This document shows, in pieces, positions 43,282-52,366 of a DNA stretch of 61,254 nt; position 1 is the stretch's first letter, and every line of letters starts with the position of its first letter. Source of the DNA: Kiritimatiellia bacterium (GTDB lineage: Bacteria; Verrucomicrobiota; Kiritimatiellia; RFP12; UBA1067); NCBI GenBank assembly GCA_045630425.1, contig JAZQTB010000079.1:1-61254 (forward strand), read 5' to 3'. Under the pieces are notes generated by a model, which saw only the letters and a program-made list of their open reading frames with translations, was not told where the DNA came from and did not search any database. The translations under genes and the position numbers were made by a program.

Positions 43282-44544
43282 TCACAGCCGTTCGGACGGA
43301 TCGAATCTGGACGAGGGCCATGGATAGGCGTTGAGCGCGACGAGCGCTTCACCCGCGAGAAAGAGCGAACCGCATACGAGAACCGACGCGTCGCCGGCGG
43401 ATCGGACGTCGGCTTTCGCTATACGGAGAGCCTCGCTTAACGTCGACGCGACATCGGCATCGATGCCTTGAGAGCGCATCTTGGGCGCGAGCTCGGACGG
43501 CTCAATCGAGCGGGGGTTGTTCGTCCTGACCGCGTACGCCTTTGAAACGAAAGGCGCGAGAATGGAAAGCGTTTCACCGACATCCTTGTCGGCGCAGAAC
43601 CCCGCGACGAGAATATACTTTTTCTCTGGCAGTTCCTGAAGAGCGTTGACCAGCGCGCGCGCGGCGGGAGGATTGTGGGCGCCGTCGACGAGGACGTTGC
43701 CGACCTTCTGGAAACGCCCGGGCCAGACGACGTTCGAGAAACCGTCATTCAACCGTTCGGCATGAGAAAGATTAAAGAGTTTCCTCTCGCGGATCACCTT
43801 CAGCGCGGCTATGACCGTCACCGCGTTTTCGCGGTTGAACGAACCCGCCAGAGAATACGCCTCCGGTATCTCCAGTTCAAGCGCCATATCGGGAGCGTAA
43901 TAAAAGGGAGAGTCGAGTTCCTTCGCGCGTTTTTCGATAATGTCGCGCACTTCGGGCAGATTTTCGCCGAGCACTACAGGCACGCCGCTCTTGATTATTC
44001 CGGCCTTTTCAGCAGCGATTTTTCCGACGGTATCACCGAGCCAGTCGCAGTGATCGAGCCCTATTCGCGTTATAACCGTGAGTACCGGATTGCAGACGTT
44101 AGTCGCGTCGAGACGCCCGCCGAGGCCCGTTTCCAGAACCGCCGCGTCGACGCCGCAGTCGGCATAAAGCGAAAACGCCACGGCCGTCAGCGCCTCGAAA
44201 AAAGTCGTTCCTTCCCCGGCGTCGCCCGTAGACGAAACCGCCTTCTCCACGCGCAGCGAAATTTCCTCGAGCTTGTCGTCGTCAACGGGCGACCCGTTCA
44301 TAAAAAAGCGCTCGTTGAGTCTTACCAGATGAGGCGAGGTGTAGCGGCCTACCTTCAGTCCGGCGGACCGGAGCGAAGCGTCCAAAAGCGCCGCAACGGC
44401 CCCCTTCCCGTTCGTCCCCGCTATGTGAACCGCCCTTATCCGCTCCTGCGGATCGCCGAGCGAACGGCAGACGGCGCGGACGGTGGAAAGTCCGGGTCTC
44501 ATTCCGAAGCGACGGCGGGCGGCGAGCTGTTCGAGAAAATTCAT
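43282..44544 (-). CDS. folC: folylpolyglutamate synthase / dihydrofolate synthase
   Basis: GMRPGLSTV, HIAGTNGKGAV, YTSPHLVRLNERF, ETGLGGRLDATNV and DGAHNP motifs. Confidence 0.9.
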   Translation of the reverse strand: MNFLEQLAARRRFGMRPGLSTVRAVCRSLGDPQERIRAVHIAGTNGKGAVAALLDASLRSAGLKVGRYTSPHLVRLNERFFMNGSPVDDDKLEEISLRVEKAVSSTGDAGEGTTFFEALTAVAFSLYADCGVDAAVLETGLGGRLDATNVCNPVLTVITRIGLDHCDWLGDTVGKIAAEKAGIIKSGVPVVLGENLPEVRDIIEKRAKELDSPFYYAPDMALELEIPEAYSLAGSFNRENAVTVIAALKVIRERKLFNLSHAERLNDGFSNVVWPGRFQKVGNVLVDGAHNPPAARALVNALQELPEKKYILVAGFCADKDVGETLSILAPFVSKAYAVRTNNPRSIEPSELAPKMRSQGIDADVASTLSEALRIAKADVRSAGDASVLVCGSLFLAGEALVALNAYPWPSSRFDPSERL

Positions 44545-45455
44545 CTTCCGCTCCAGACTGCGAGAACCGCGCTGACGCCGTATCCTAACAGAACAAGCCA
44601 GGTGATTTTATCGGTCAGAAGAATGCGCTCGGGCCTCCCGACATCCTCTTTGCGGAAAAGGAGATAAAGATACCGGACAATCCCGAGCGCGACGAAGAGG
44701 GCCGTTGCCGAAAGCGCGCGGGTTCCGAATCTGGCGACGGTGTCGGCGGCGAGCGTATACCATAGATAAACTCCGAGCGTCGCGAGAGCGGAAGTGAAAA
44801 TCAGGGTGTCGAGGACAACCGGATGATAGTTCGCAAGCGCGGCGCGCGACTCGCACGCGATCGCCTTCTCGTGGCGGCGCTTACAGAGCGCGAGAAACAT
44901 CGAAATCGAAAACGCGCACCCGAGCAGCCACGGTGAAATTCTTACATCCATAGCCGCTGCTCCCGCGACGGCGCGAAGCACAAACCCGGCGGCGATAACG
45001 GCGACGTCGACATACGGGATGCGCTTCAGGAAACCGGAATAGAGACTTTGCATCACGGTATAAATCAAAATCACCGCAAAGCCCCATGTACGGTCGGGAT
45101 GACGAAAAACGAGATACGCCGGGAACGCAAGCGAGCACGCGTACAGCGCGAGCGCGACTCTTACCGCGTCAATCTTGGAAATGAGATCGGCCGCGATCGG
45201 ACGGAGACGTTTAACGGGATGGAGTCTGTCGGCGTCATAATCCGAAATGTCATTTAGGAGATAAAATGCGCTCGATATCAGCGAGAACGAAACGGCCATC
45301 GCCGAAACGAGAAGGAACGGCCTGTATCCGCGCGCCATCGCAGCCTGAGAGTCGTCGGCAAATGCAAAGAACCAGGCAAGAAAAACGATACCGTTTTTGG
45401 TCCACTGGTTGACTCTTAAAGCTTTAAGCCAGACTCTTAGGCGCTCGAGCGTCAT
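44541..45455 (-). CDS. UbiA-family prenyltransferase, decaprenyl-phosphate phosphoribosyltransferase-like
   Basis: The start is taken at ATG 45455 (ATGA overlap with the upstream stop). RVNQWTKNGIVF and YLLNDISDYDADRLHPVKRLRPIA (NDxxDxxxD plus HP.K..RP) motifs, with ~8 TM helices. Confidence 0.8.
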   Translation of the reverse strand: MTLERLRVWLKALRVNQWTKNGIVFLAWFFAFADDSQAAMARGYRPFLLVSAMAVSFSLISSAFYLLNDISDYDADRLHPVKRLRPIAADLISKIDAVRVALALYACSLAFPAYLVFRHPDRTWGFAVILIYTVMQSLYSGFLKRIPYVDVAVIAAGFVLRAVAGAAAMDVRISPWLLGCAFSISMFLALCKRRHEKAIACESRAALANYHPVVLDTLIFTSALATLGVYLWYTLAADTVARFGTRALSATALFVALGIVRYLYLLFRKEDVGRPERILLTDKITWLVLLGYGVSAVLAVWSGR

Positions 45456-46561
45456 TTGTTCGTCCTCCAGCGGATAAGTCCCCAGAAAAGAGAATGATTC
45501 GTATAAACTGGGCACGATTCATTCTCGTAGAAGGTCCAGAACTTCGACCAGTTGCGTTCTACGGCAGGATCCCAGCGTATAGGCATAAGAGAAAGGACTT
45601 TGGAATGCGTTATCTCACCGTCTTCTTCGCTCTCCCAGAACGGCCAAACGCGGGTGAAATCTTCCGACGAGGTCCAGAACGGAAAAACGCGCGTCTCATC
45701 ATCGTATATTTCGACGAGCTTCCAGCCGAATCTTTTTACTCCGCTCACGCGAGAACCGTCCTTGTAACTGTAATTTTCAACAGACTCGTAAAACGGCCAA
45801 AAGGAAATACGAGTGCGTTGAGGCATATCCTCTAATTCAAGAAACGGCCAGGGACAGCGAAGTCTAACGAAAGGAAAACTGCGCATCGCTCCTCCTCGGC
45901 CTTTACCGTCCGTAATGATTTCCGTCCATGAGAAGAACGGAGGGAGATACATCGTCTGCCTTTCGCGCTCCCGCCTGACCTTACCGTACAGCGGCCACAC
46001 CATCCATGAGTATCCGGCTCCGGCGGTATCGCGGTCGGCACGGTACGACGCCCATGTCACCAACGGCCAAAACGCGTAGCGGTGGTCACTCTCTCGCTGA
46101 TAATTGACGCCGTAGAACGGCCAGAAACTCCACGCTCCGTCACTGCGCCAGCTGATGAACGGAAAGAGAACGGAATTAGTCTCAAGCCAATCGCGGCCGC
46201 GCGGCATTTTATAGCGCATCCACAACGGCCACATCGCGAATTCAAGATCGTTGAGAAGCATTATATGCGGATGCTGGCCATATATCGGAAAAAGCCCCGC
46301 ATACATCCCCTTCTTTTTATCTTCGCCGTTAAACCAAATCGGTAAAACAGAAAACTGATATCCGTCATCGACACCGTAATTCTGATAATTGACGATGTAG
46401 CAGAATCGCCACCAGTCGCGATGTGAAGTGAATACGGGCCAAAGAACATCGGTCGCCGAAGCCTCACGCGAAACGATCGGCCTCAGCGCGAAATAATCGG
46501 GCCTCTGTTCGTAAAAAGGCCCGATCTGAAAAGCGGCGGCTATGAGAAGACTACTTAACAC
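45452..46561 (-). CDS. aromatic W-P repeat protein, unknown function
   Basis: At least 14 copies of [FWL]-P-[FLI]-[YWF] every ~15-25 aa (LWPVF, LPIWF, LFPIYG, MWPLWM, LFPFISW, FWPFYG, FWPLVTW, VWPLYG, LPPFFSW, FPFVRL, PWPFLE, FWPFYE, FPFWTS, VWPFWE, MPIRW). Confidence 0.7.
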   Translation of the reverse strand: MLSSLLIAAAFQIGPFYEQRPDYFALRPIVSREASATDVLWPVFTSHRDWWRFCYIVNYQNYGVDDGYQFSVLPIWFNGEDKKKGMYAGLFPIYGQHPHIMLLNDLEFAMWPLWMRYKMPRGRDWLETNSVLFPFISWRSDGAWSFWPFYGVNYQRESDHRYAFWPLVTWASYRADRDTAGAGYSWMVWPLYGKVRRERERQTMYLPPFFSWTEIITDGKGRGGAMRSFPFVRLRCPWPFLELEDMPQRTRISFWPFYESVENYSYKDGSRVSGVKRFGWKLVEIYDDETRVFPFWTSSEDFTRVWPFWESEEDGEITHSKVLSLMPIRWDPAVERNWSKFWTFYENESCPVYTNHSLFWGLIRWRTNK

Positions 46562-49500
46562 TCTTCATCAGGTCCTCAAACTCTTTTCTTTCGAACTCCG
46601 AAAGTTCCTTCATGCGGCTTTGAACGACGCGCATCGTACCTTTGGCCCGGAGCATCTGGCCGCGCTTGATCTGGACGCGGGCGAGAGAAATGAGCATTCT
46701 GACGTCGGCGGCACCGCCCGAGGCGTCTTTCGAAAGTTCACACGCTTTCTCGATATATTTCTCGGCCTCGCTGAACGACTTCCCGGAGGCCATAAGTATC
46801 GAACCGAGCGTCTCCCAAGCGACGTAGAGTTTTGGCATTCTGGCGACGGCCTCGCGAGCCATTTTCTCGGCCTCTTCGAACGCTCCGCGACGGCGGAGGA
46901 CCTCTGCGAGATCGTTGAACGCCAACGGCACGTGGCGGGCGCCGGAAATCGCCTTTCTCAGGTGGGTTTCGGCGGCGGCGCCTTCGCCGCGATGGAGAAG
47001 GATTGAACCCATTATATAATTCGCCATCGGATCGTCCGCGTCCGTCGCGAGAATCTTAAGAGCCTTTTTCTCGGCGTGTTCCTTGTCGTTGAGCTGCATA
47101 TCGAGACTTAAGATGACGTCGCCGGTGCGTCTCGAACCGCGACTTGTCTTCGCGACCTCGTCGAACGAATCGCGCGCGCTGCGGATATTCTCGACGCCGC
47201 CCTTGCGCATGAGAAAGAGAGCTTTCGTGGAACGGTAAACGACTTCATGGTCCATACCGGAACTCTCCTTGGAGATAGCTTCGATAACGGGCAGAATATC
47301 GGTTTCGATCTCCTTGAGCAGCGCCTCTTTGCGCTCGGCGCGTTTGGAATTCGGCTCGACCTCGCCCATAGCGTCGATGTTGCGGATAAGCACATGGGCC
47401 AGGAGCGACCACGCGTGGATATCCTTGGAATCCGAATCGATCGCGCGCCTGAGCGTGCTCTCGGCGCCGCGCAGATCGTTTTTCAGAAGACGGAGCTGCG
47501 CGACCTGCTTCGCGTAAAGGATGTTGTTCTCCTCGCCTTCCAAAGCCCGCTCGAGATACTCCTTGGCCTTCTCGACGTTCCCGTCGAGCGCTTCGAGGTT
47601 GGAGAGTCTGAAGAGCGCCATCTTGTTGCCCGGATCGCTCTTGAGCTCTTCGAGATATATGGCGCGGGCCTTGCCCTTGTGGGATTCGGAACCTTCGGAG
47701 AAATAATGCGCGAGAATGTTCAGCTCGGCGAGCTTTCGCTGCTCGGCCGGGATGAGATCGATGGCGCGGCGGATCTGATACACGCCGTGAGCGTACTGGC
47801 CACGGCGCGAAATGAGAGCCTGACCGTAGCTGAACATGAACTGGGGATCGCACAGCGTTCCGTAGAGAAGCGAAAGCTGGACAGGATCGTAACGGCGGCT
47901 GGTGTCTTTATACACCGTTTCGAGAGCCTGTTTGATCGCCTTGTGCTTGTCGACGGCCTTTTTGAATCCGTTCTTGGAGGCGAGAAGCTCTTCGTTGATA
48001 AGCGCGGCGAGGTTGTCGGGGTCGATCTCGTTCAGAACAAGTTCGTAAAGACCGAACGCCTTGTCGAATTCAACCTGGGCCTCGGCCTTCTTACCGTCTT
48101 CGAAAAGTTTCAGGCCGTTGAAATGGTGATAGTTGCCCTGATTGGTGGCCAGAAGGCCGATATGACGCCTCAGGTTTCTGCGATTGCGCTCGCGGGAATC
48201 GACGAATTCTTTTTTCGACGCATCCTTGAACATTCCGATTCTGAAGCTTCCCCATTCTTCCGGAACCGGAAGCAGATCCCTGACGGAGGCCCAATTCGCG
48301 ATCCAGTCGCCGGGATCCTTGCCCTCACCTTCGCATGTGAAGAAGTAAAGTTCGGGCAGAGGACCCTTTTCGACGTTCATCCAGAGGTGCGGCGCGCCCC
48401 AGACGACGACCTTCGAGGCGACGTCGGGATCGTTGCGGAACCAATGCTCGATAAACGGCAGAAGCCGCTGCCTTTCGATGCCGTCGTCCTTTACGAGGAT
48501 GTCCGAAAGTTCTCCGGACAGTTTCTCGCCGCCGATTTTCTCGGCGCGAACTGTCTCGGCGAGATTTTTGAGATAGGTCTTGTCCTCTTCGCGGACGAGA
48601 GAAACGACGTGAAGCTTCTTACCTTGGCGGAGTGCGGCGATCCGGACACCGTCGTCGATGACGCCGTCGGTGACGATCCACGTTCTCTCGCCCATGGACG
48701 AAACGACGCGGCGCGAAATCTCATCGTACGACCTGACCGCATCGAGATCGAGCTCGACGAAAACGTTTATCGCCATCGCGAGAACGAGCACGAGCGCAAG
48801 CCCCATTCCCCCGATGCGTCCGGCCGCGCGGTTGAAGGAGATATTCACCGTCGCGGCGGCGGGGCCTGAGGCGACGGGCGTCGTCGAAAGGCCCCACCAG
48901 TAGGCGAGAAGATAACCGGTCATTGCCGCCGCCATAAGCGCGACGATAACGGGCTGATAGCCCAAAAATCCGAGGGACGAAGAAACCGAGACGGGAGATG
49001 CGACGGCGAGAACCGCGACGATCGAGAGTATCGAATGGTAGAGCACAGTGGTGAAATTTCCGGATTTCTCGGACGCGAAAACTGATGCGCTCGAGAAAAG
49101 CGAAATCAGAAAAGGAACCACGGCCAGAAGCAGCGCGGAAAACCAGTTCGAATACACGAACTCTTCGGTGAAGTATTTCTTCTGGGCTTCCACGTAAGCG
49201 TCGAACCCTCCGATCGCCGAAAGCGCGAACGGGACGGCGAGCAGAAATCCGAGAATGAAAAACCCCGTCGCGACGTAGCCGAGTCTACCGGATTTCGAAG
49301 AGACGACCCACGCGATCGCTCCGCAGAACGGAATGAGAATCAGGAAGAGAAAAGTGTCGACGATCCCGAGAGCGATCAGAATTCCCGACGCGAAAGGAAG
49401 AATCCAGGACAGCGCCTTCGGAAATTTCGAGTAGGGAACGAAAACCAGAATCGCGAGCATCGCCCAGAACGCGTCAAAAACGGCTGGACCGAGATGAGTC

Positions 49501-49904
49501 GCGGAATCTAAAACGCACGGGGTGAAGATGAACACGAGAGACGTCGCGGCCGCACCGATTCTGGACGCGGTAATCTTCCGCGCCTCGGAGAAATGAGGCC
49601 CGAAAGTCTGGCGCAGATAGATGTTGACGATATGGTAGGCGCACAACGCCAGAAGCACGCCGAGCAGCGGCGCCAAAAACGCCGACACGCCGAACATCCG
49701 GGCGAAGAAGCCGGCGAGCCCGAACGGATTGTAATCCCTTACGTCGAGTCCGAGCCAGGAGGCGATCACGCCGGACTCAAAACCGGGAGCTGCGCAATCG
49801 ACAGCCGAGAGCGAGTACACTATAGCCGCGACGCCGGCGAGCGCCAGCGAAACGAGCCAATCCTTCAGACGAGGCGATCTGTTTTCAGTGATCTGATTTT
49901 CCAT
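46551..49904 (-). CDS. large polytopic membrane protein (GT-C/DUF2723-like N-terminus) with C-terminal TPR repeats
   Basis: About 11 or more TM helices in the first ~400 aa. The C-terminal ~550 aa contain multiple 34-aa TPR-like units (e.g. ALFRLSNLEALDGNVEKAKEYLERALE; AFNDLAEVLRRRGAFEEAEKMAREAV). Confidence 0.75.
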   Translation of the reverse strand: MENQITENRSPRLKDWLVSLALAGVAAIVYSLSAVDCAAPGFESGVIASWLGLDVRDYNPFGLAGFFARMFGVSAFLAPLLGVLLALCAYHIVNIYLRQTFGPHFSEARKITASRIGAAATSLVFIFTPCVLDSATHLGPAVFDAFWAMLAILVFVPYSKFPKALSWILPFASGILIALGIVDTFLFLILIPFCGAIAWVVSSKSGRLGYVATGFFILGFLLAVPFALSAIGGFDAYVEAQKKYFTEEFVYSNWFSALLLAVVPFLISLFSSASVFASEKSGNFTTVLYHSILSIVAVLAVASPVSVSSSLGFLGYQPVIVALMAAAMTGYLLAYWWGLSTTPVASGPAAATVNISFNRAAGRIGGMGLALVLVLAMAINVFVELDLDAVRSYDEISRRVVSSMGERTWIVTDGVIDDGVRIAALRQGKKLHVVSLVREEDKTYLKNLAETVRAEKIGGEKLSGELSDILVKDDGIERQRLLPFIEHWFRNDPDVASKVVVWGAPHLWMNVEKGPLPELYFFTCEGEGKDPGDWIANWASVRDLLPVPEEWGSFRIGMFKDASKKEFVDSRERNRRNLRRHIGLLATNQGNYHHFNGLKLFEDGKKAEAQVEFDKAFGLYELVLNEIDPDNLAALINEELLASKNGFKKAVDKHKAIKQALETVYKDTSRRYDPVQLSLLYGTLCDPQFMFSYGQALISRRGQYAHGVYQIRRAIDLIPAEQRKLAELNILAHYFSEGSESHKGKARAIYLEELKSDPGNKMALFRLSNLEALDGNVEKAKEYLERALEGEENNILYAKQVAQLRLLKNDLRGAESTLRRAIDSDSKDIHAWSLLAHVLIRNIDAMGEVEPNSKRAERKEALLKEIETDILPVIEAISKESSGMDHEVVYRSTKALFLMRKGGVENIRSARDSFDEVAKTSRGSRRTGDVILSLDMQLNDKEHAEKKALKILATDADDPMANYIMGSILLHRGEGAAAETHLRKAISGARHVPLAFNDLAEVLRRRGAFEEAEKMAREAVARMPKLYVAWETLGSILMASGKSFSEAEKYIEKACELSKDASGGAADVRMLISLARVQIKRGQMLRAKGTMRVVQSRMKELSEFERKEFEDLMKSVK

Positions 49905-49937
49905 ATTCTTATCCTTTCAGCCGTAGCCGTTAAAGAT

Positions 49938-51215
49938 TCACTTGACCTTTTCGAGCGCCTGGGCGAGATCGGCGATGAGATCATCGGGATCTTCGAGACC
50001 TACCGAAAGACGAATGAGATCCGGCGGAATGCCCGCCTCTTTAAGCTGCCTGTCGGTCAACTGGCGGTGAGTATGCGAAGCTGGGTGAAGAACGCAGCTC
50101 CATGCGTCGGCGACGTGCGTTACGATTCCGATGAGCTTCAAGGAGTCCATAAACCCGATAGAAGCCTTACGGCCGCCGCGGATGCCGAAGGTCATGACTC
50201 CGCAGGGCGAATTTCCGCTGAACTGCTTCCTGACGAGCTTATGATACTTAGAATCGGGAAGACCAGCGAAGTTTACCCACGCTACCTTCGGCTGCTTCTT
50301 AAGCCACTTCGCGATCTTAAGCGCGGATTCGGCGTGGCGGCGGATGCGCAAATGAAGGGACTCGAGACCGAGGTTCACGAGAAACGCGTTGAAAGGCGAA
50401 GGAATCGCGCCGAAGTCGCGCATGAGATGGGCGGTGCACTTCGTGATATAAGCCATTTTTCCGAACGCCTTGGTGTAGCTCAAACCGTGGTACGATTCGT
50501 CGGGTTCGACGAGACCCGGGAATTTATCGGCGTGGGCCTCCCAATCGAAATTACCCGAGTCGACGATACATCCGCCGACCTGCGATGAATGGCCGTCCAT
50601 GTATTTTGTCGTAGCGTGGGTTACGATATCGCACCCGAACTCGAACGGACGGCAAAGAATCGGCGTCGGAAACGTATTGTCGATAATCAGCGGAACGCCG
50701 TTTTTGTGGGCGATTTTAGCGAACTTCGCAATGTCGAGAACGCACCCTGAAGGATTAGCGACCGTCTCGCCGAAAACGCATTTCGTATTGGGACGGAACG
50801 CGGCCTGGATCGTCTTGGCGTCGGCGTCGGGATCTACGAATGTGAATTCGATGCCGAGCTTCTTGAGAGATACGGCAAACAGGTTGAAGGTTCCGCCGTA
50901 GATCTGGGCGGAACATACGACATGGTCTCCCGCGCCGCAGAGATTTAAAATCGCGAACGTGGACGCCGCCTGTCCGGAGCTCGTGAGAATCGCGGCTACG
51001 CCGCCTTCGAGCGCGGCGATTTTTTTAGCCACCTCATCGTTGGTAGGATTCGCCAAACGCGTATAAAAATAGCCAGACGCCTTAAGGTCGAAAAGATCGG
51101 CCATGTGCTGCGTCGTATCGTACTTGAACGTGGTGGAAGAATAAATCGGGACCTGGCGCGGCTCGCCGCACTTGGGCGACCATCCGCCCTGTACGCACAA
51201 AGTGTCTATTTTCAT
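49938..51215 (-). CDS. metY: O-acetylhomoserine sulfhydrylase (Cys/Met-metabolism PLP enzyme)
   Basis: TLCVQGG, YTRLANPT, SSGQAAS, ATKYMDGHS (PLP lysine) and LSVGLEDPDDLIADL motifs. Confidence 0.9.
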   Translation of the reverse strand: MKIDTLCVQGGWSPKCGEPRQVPIYSSTTFKYDTTQHMADLFDLKASGYFYTRLANPTNDEVAKKIAALEGGVAAILTSSGQAASTFAILNLCGAGDHVVCSAQIYGGTFNLFAVSLKKLGIEFTFVDPDADAKTIQAAFRPNTKCVFGETVANPSGCVLDIAKFAKIAHKNGVPLIIDNTFPTPILCRPFEFGCDIVTHATTKYMDGHSSQVGGCIVDSGNFDWEAHADKFPGLVEPDESYHGLSYTKAFGKMAYITKCTAHLMRDFGAIPSPFNAFLVNLGLESLHLRIRRHAESALKIAKWLKKQPKVAWVNFAGLPDSKYHKLVRKQFSGNSPCGVMTFGIRGGRKASIGFMDSLKLIGIVTHVADAWSCVLHPASHTHRQLTDRQLKEAGIPPDLIRLSVGLEDPDDLIADLAQALEKVK

Positions 51216-51244
51216 CTCTTTCCTTTCTTGAAAATACGCGTATA

Positions 51245-51481
51245 TTATACCAAAAAATCAGATAAAGTTCTCATTGACGGTATTTTCTCAAGCGGATACG
51301 AAACACCGAATCGTCTTTCGGTCTCCATAACGAGCCTCAAATGGTTAACGCTGTCCCACCCGGCAAGGTCGCCGTAGCGAGCAGTCTCCGAAACGGCCGC
51401 CCTTTCGACCTCGAAAATCTCGGCGGCGAGAACAAAAAAACGTTCCCTTTGTTCGCTGTCGGCAAAGACGCTGTTTTTCAT
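51245..51481 (-). CDS. acyl/peptidyl carrier protein
   Basis: The start is taken at ATG 51481, preceded by gaagg. LAGWDSVNHLRLVMETERRFG carries the DS phosphopantetheine-attachment serine context. About 78 aa. Confidence 0.7.
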   Translation of the reverse strand: MKNSVFADSEQRERFFVLAAEIFEVERAAVSETARYGDLAGWDSVNHLRLVMETERRFGVSYPLEKIPSMRTLSDFLV

Positions 51482-51505
51482 GATATAACCTTCAATGGAC
51501 CTCAA

Positions 51506-52348
51506 TCACACAATCCGCTCGCCCCAAAACGCGACATGGGGATCTACGTTGACGCTTTGGGCTTTCTGAACGGCGCGCTTGATAAGCGGCGCCGTCAATC
51601 TTCCGGTCCGGTGGTTAAGTTCCCACAGATGACCGAATATCAGTTTTTCAGCCCGTATCATTCCGGCGGCTGCGGCGACATCGATTCCACACCCCGGGAA
51701 GAACGTCCAGACGTCCGGGCGGCCCCAACGCGTTTTAAGCTTGTCGGCAACGCCGCAGTCGCCCGTATGGTAAAGTTTCCAGCCGCCTACGCGGATTTCA
51801 AAAGCGGTCGTAAAGTCGAGCAGATAGGCGTTGTGATCGACCAACGAGGTCGAAATCTCGACATCCTTTATCTTAAAAATCTTCTCGCCCATCACGAACC
51901 CGCCGCCAACGGGATTTTTAGCCGCATCGCCCCTTGCGCCGTAATTATCGAGAAAGTTCGAAATTACGGTTTTGCCCTGCGCGTTAAGCGCCTGATAGAC
52001 TTTTAGATCGCAATGGTCGCCGTGATTGTGGGTTATAAGCGCGAAATCGAGCTTGTCGACGAGTTCCGTCGCGCGACGATGAATGAGATCTATCGAAAAA
52101 AAAGATTCGCGCGTCTTTACGAGATATCCCATGTTGTAAAGACTCCACACCGCCGGAGTGCCGGTAATCTTGGTCGAATCGATTTCGTTTACGACTCGCT
52201 CAAACGCGCGTTCCAGCTTCTCTAAAGACGCGAGCGAACGCGTATCTCCGTCGCGCATATAATCTCGGTATGTCTCGGCTGAAACCAAATCCGTTTCGCT
52301 CTGCCACTTATCAAGAATTGAAAACAATTCGTCATTACAGTAATTCAT
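51506..52348 (-). CDS. MBL-fold metallo-hydrolase
   Basis: LITHNHGDHCD (HxHxDH), with later H and D ligands (VDHNAY, YHTGDCG, FGHLWE). Confidence 0.8.
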   Translation of the reverse strand: MNYCNDELFSILDKWQSETDLVSAETYRDYMRDGDTRSLASLEKLERAFERVVNEIDSTKITGTPAVWSLYNMGYLVKTRESFFSIDLIHRRATELVDKLDFALITHNHGDHCDLKVYQALNAQGKTVISNFLDNYGARGDAAKNPVGGGFVMGEKIFKIKDVEISTSLVDHNAYLLDFTTAFEIRVGGWKLYHTGDCGVADKLKTRWGRPDVWTFFPGCGIDVAAAAGMIRAEKLIFGHLWELNHRTGRLTAPLIKRAVQKAQSVNVDPHVAFWGERIV

Positions 52349-52366
52349 AATTAAAAGATGATTATT

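Noticed and set aside
47247-48869. 540-aa plus-strand ORF, plus similar long ORFs at 49593..50588, 43675..44667, 41983..43113, 38431..39480, 36880..38022, 30896..31852, 39498..40265, 40328..41065, 27724..28440, 29653..30477, 25436..26044, 19843..20511, 20611..21390, 14717..15391, 57626..58216, 58410..59096 and 59864..60544
   Set aside because: All are opposite-strand or out-of-frame shadows of genes with strong family motifs. Stop-poor antisense frames are typical of GC-rich sequence, and none shows a recognisable domain or RBS context.
51216-51244. SAM, cobalamin or T-box riboswitch upstream of metY or metH
   Set aside because: The leaders are only ~29 nt for metY, or nonexistent for metH because its start overlaps the upstream gene. 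That is too short for any riboswitch aptamer, and no conserved riboswitch motifs are seen.
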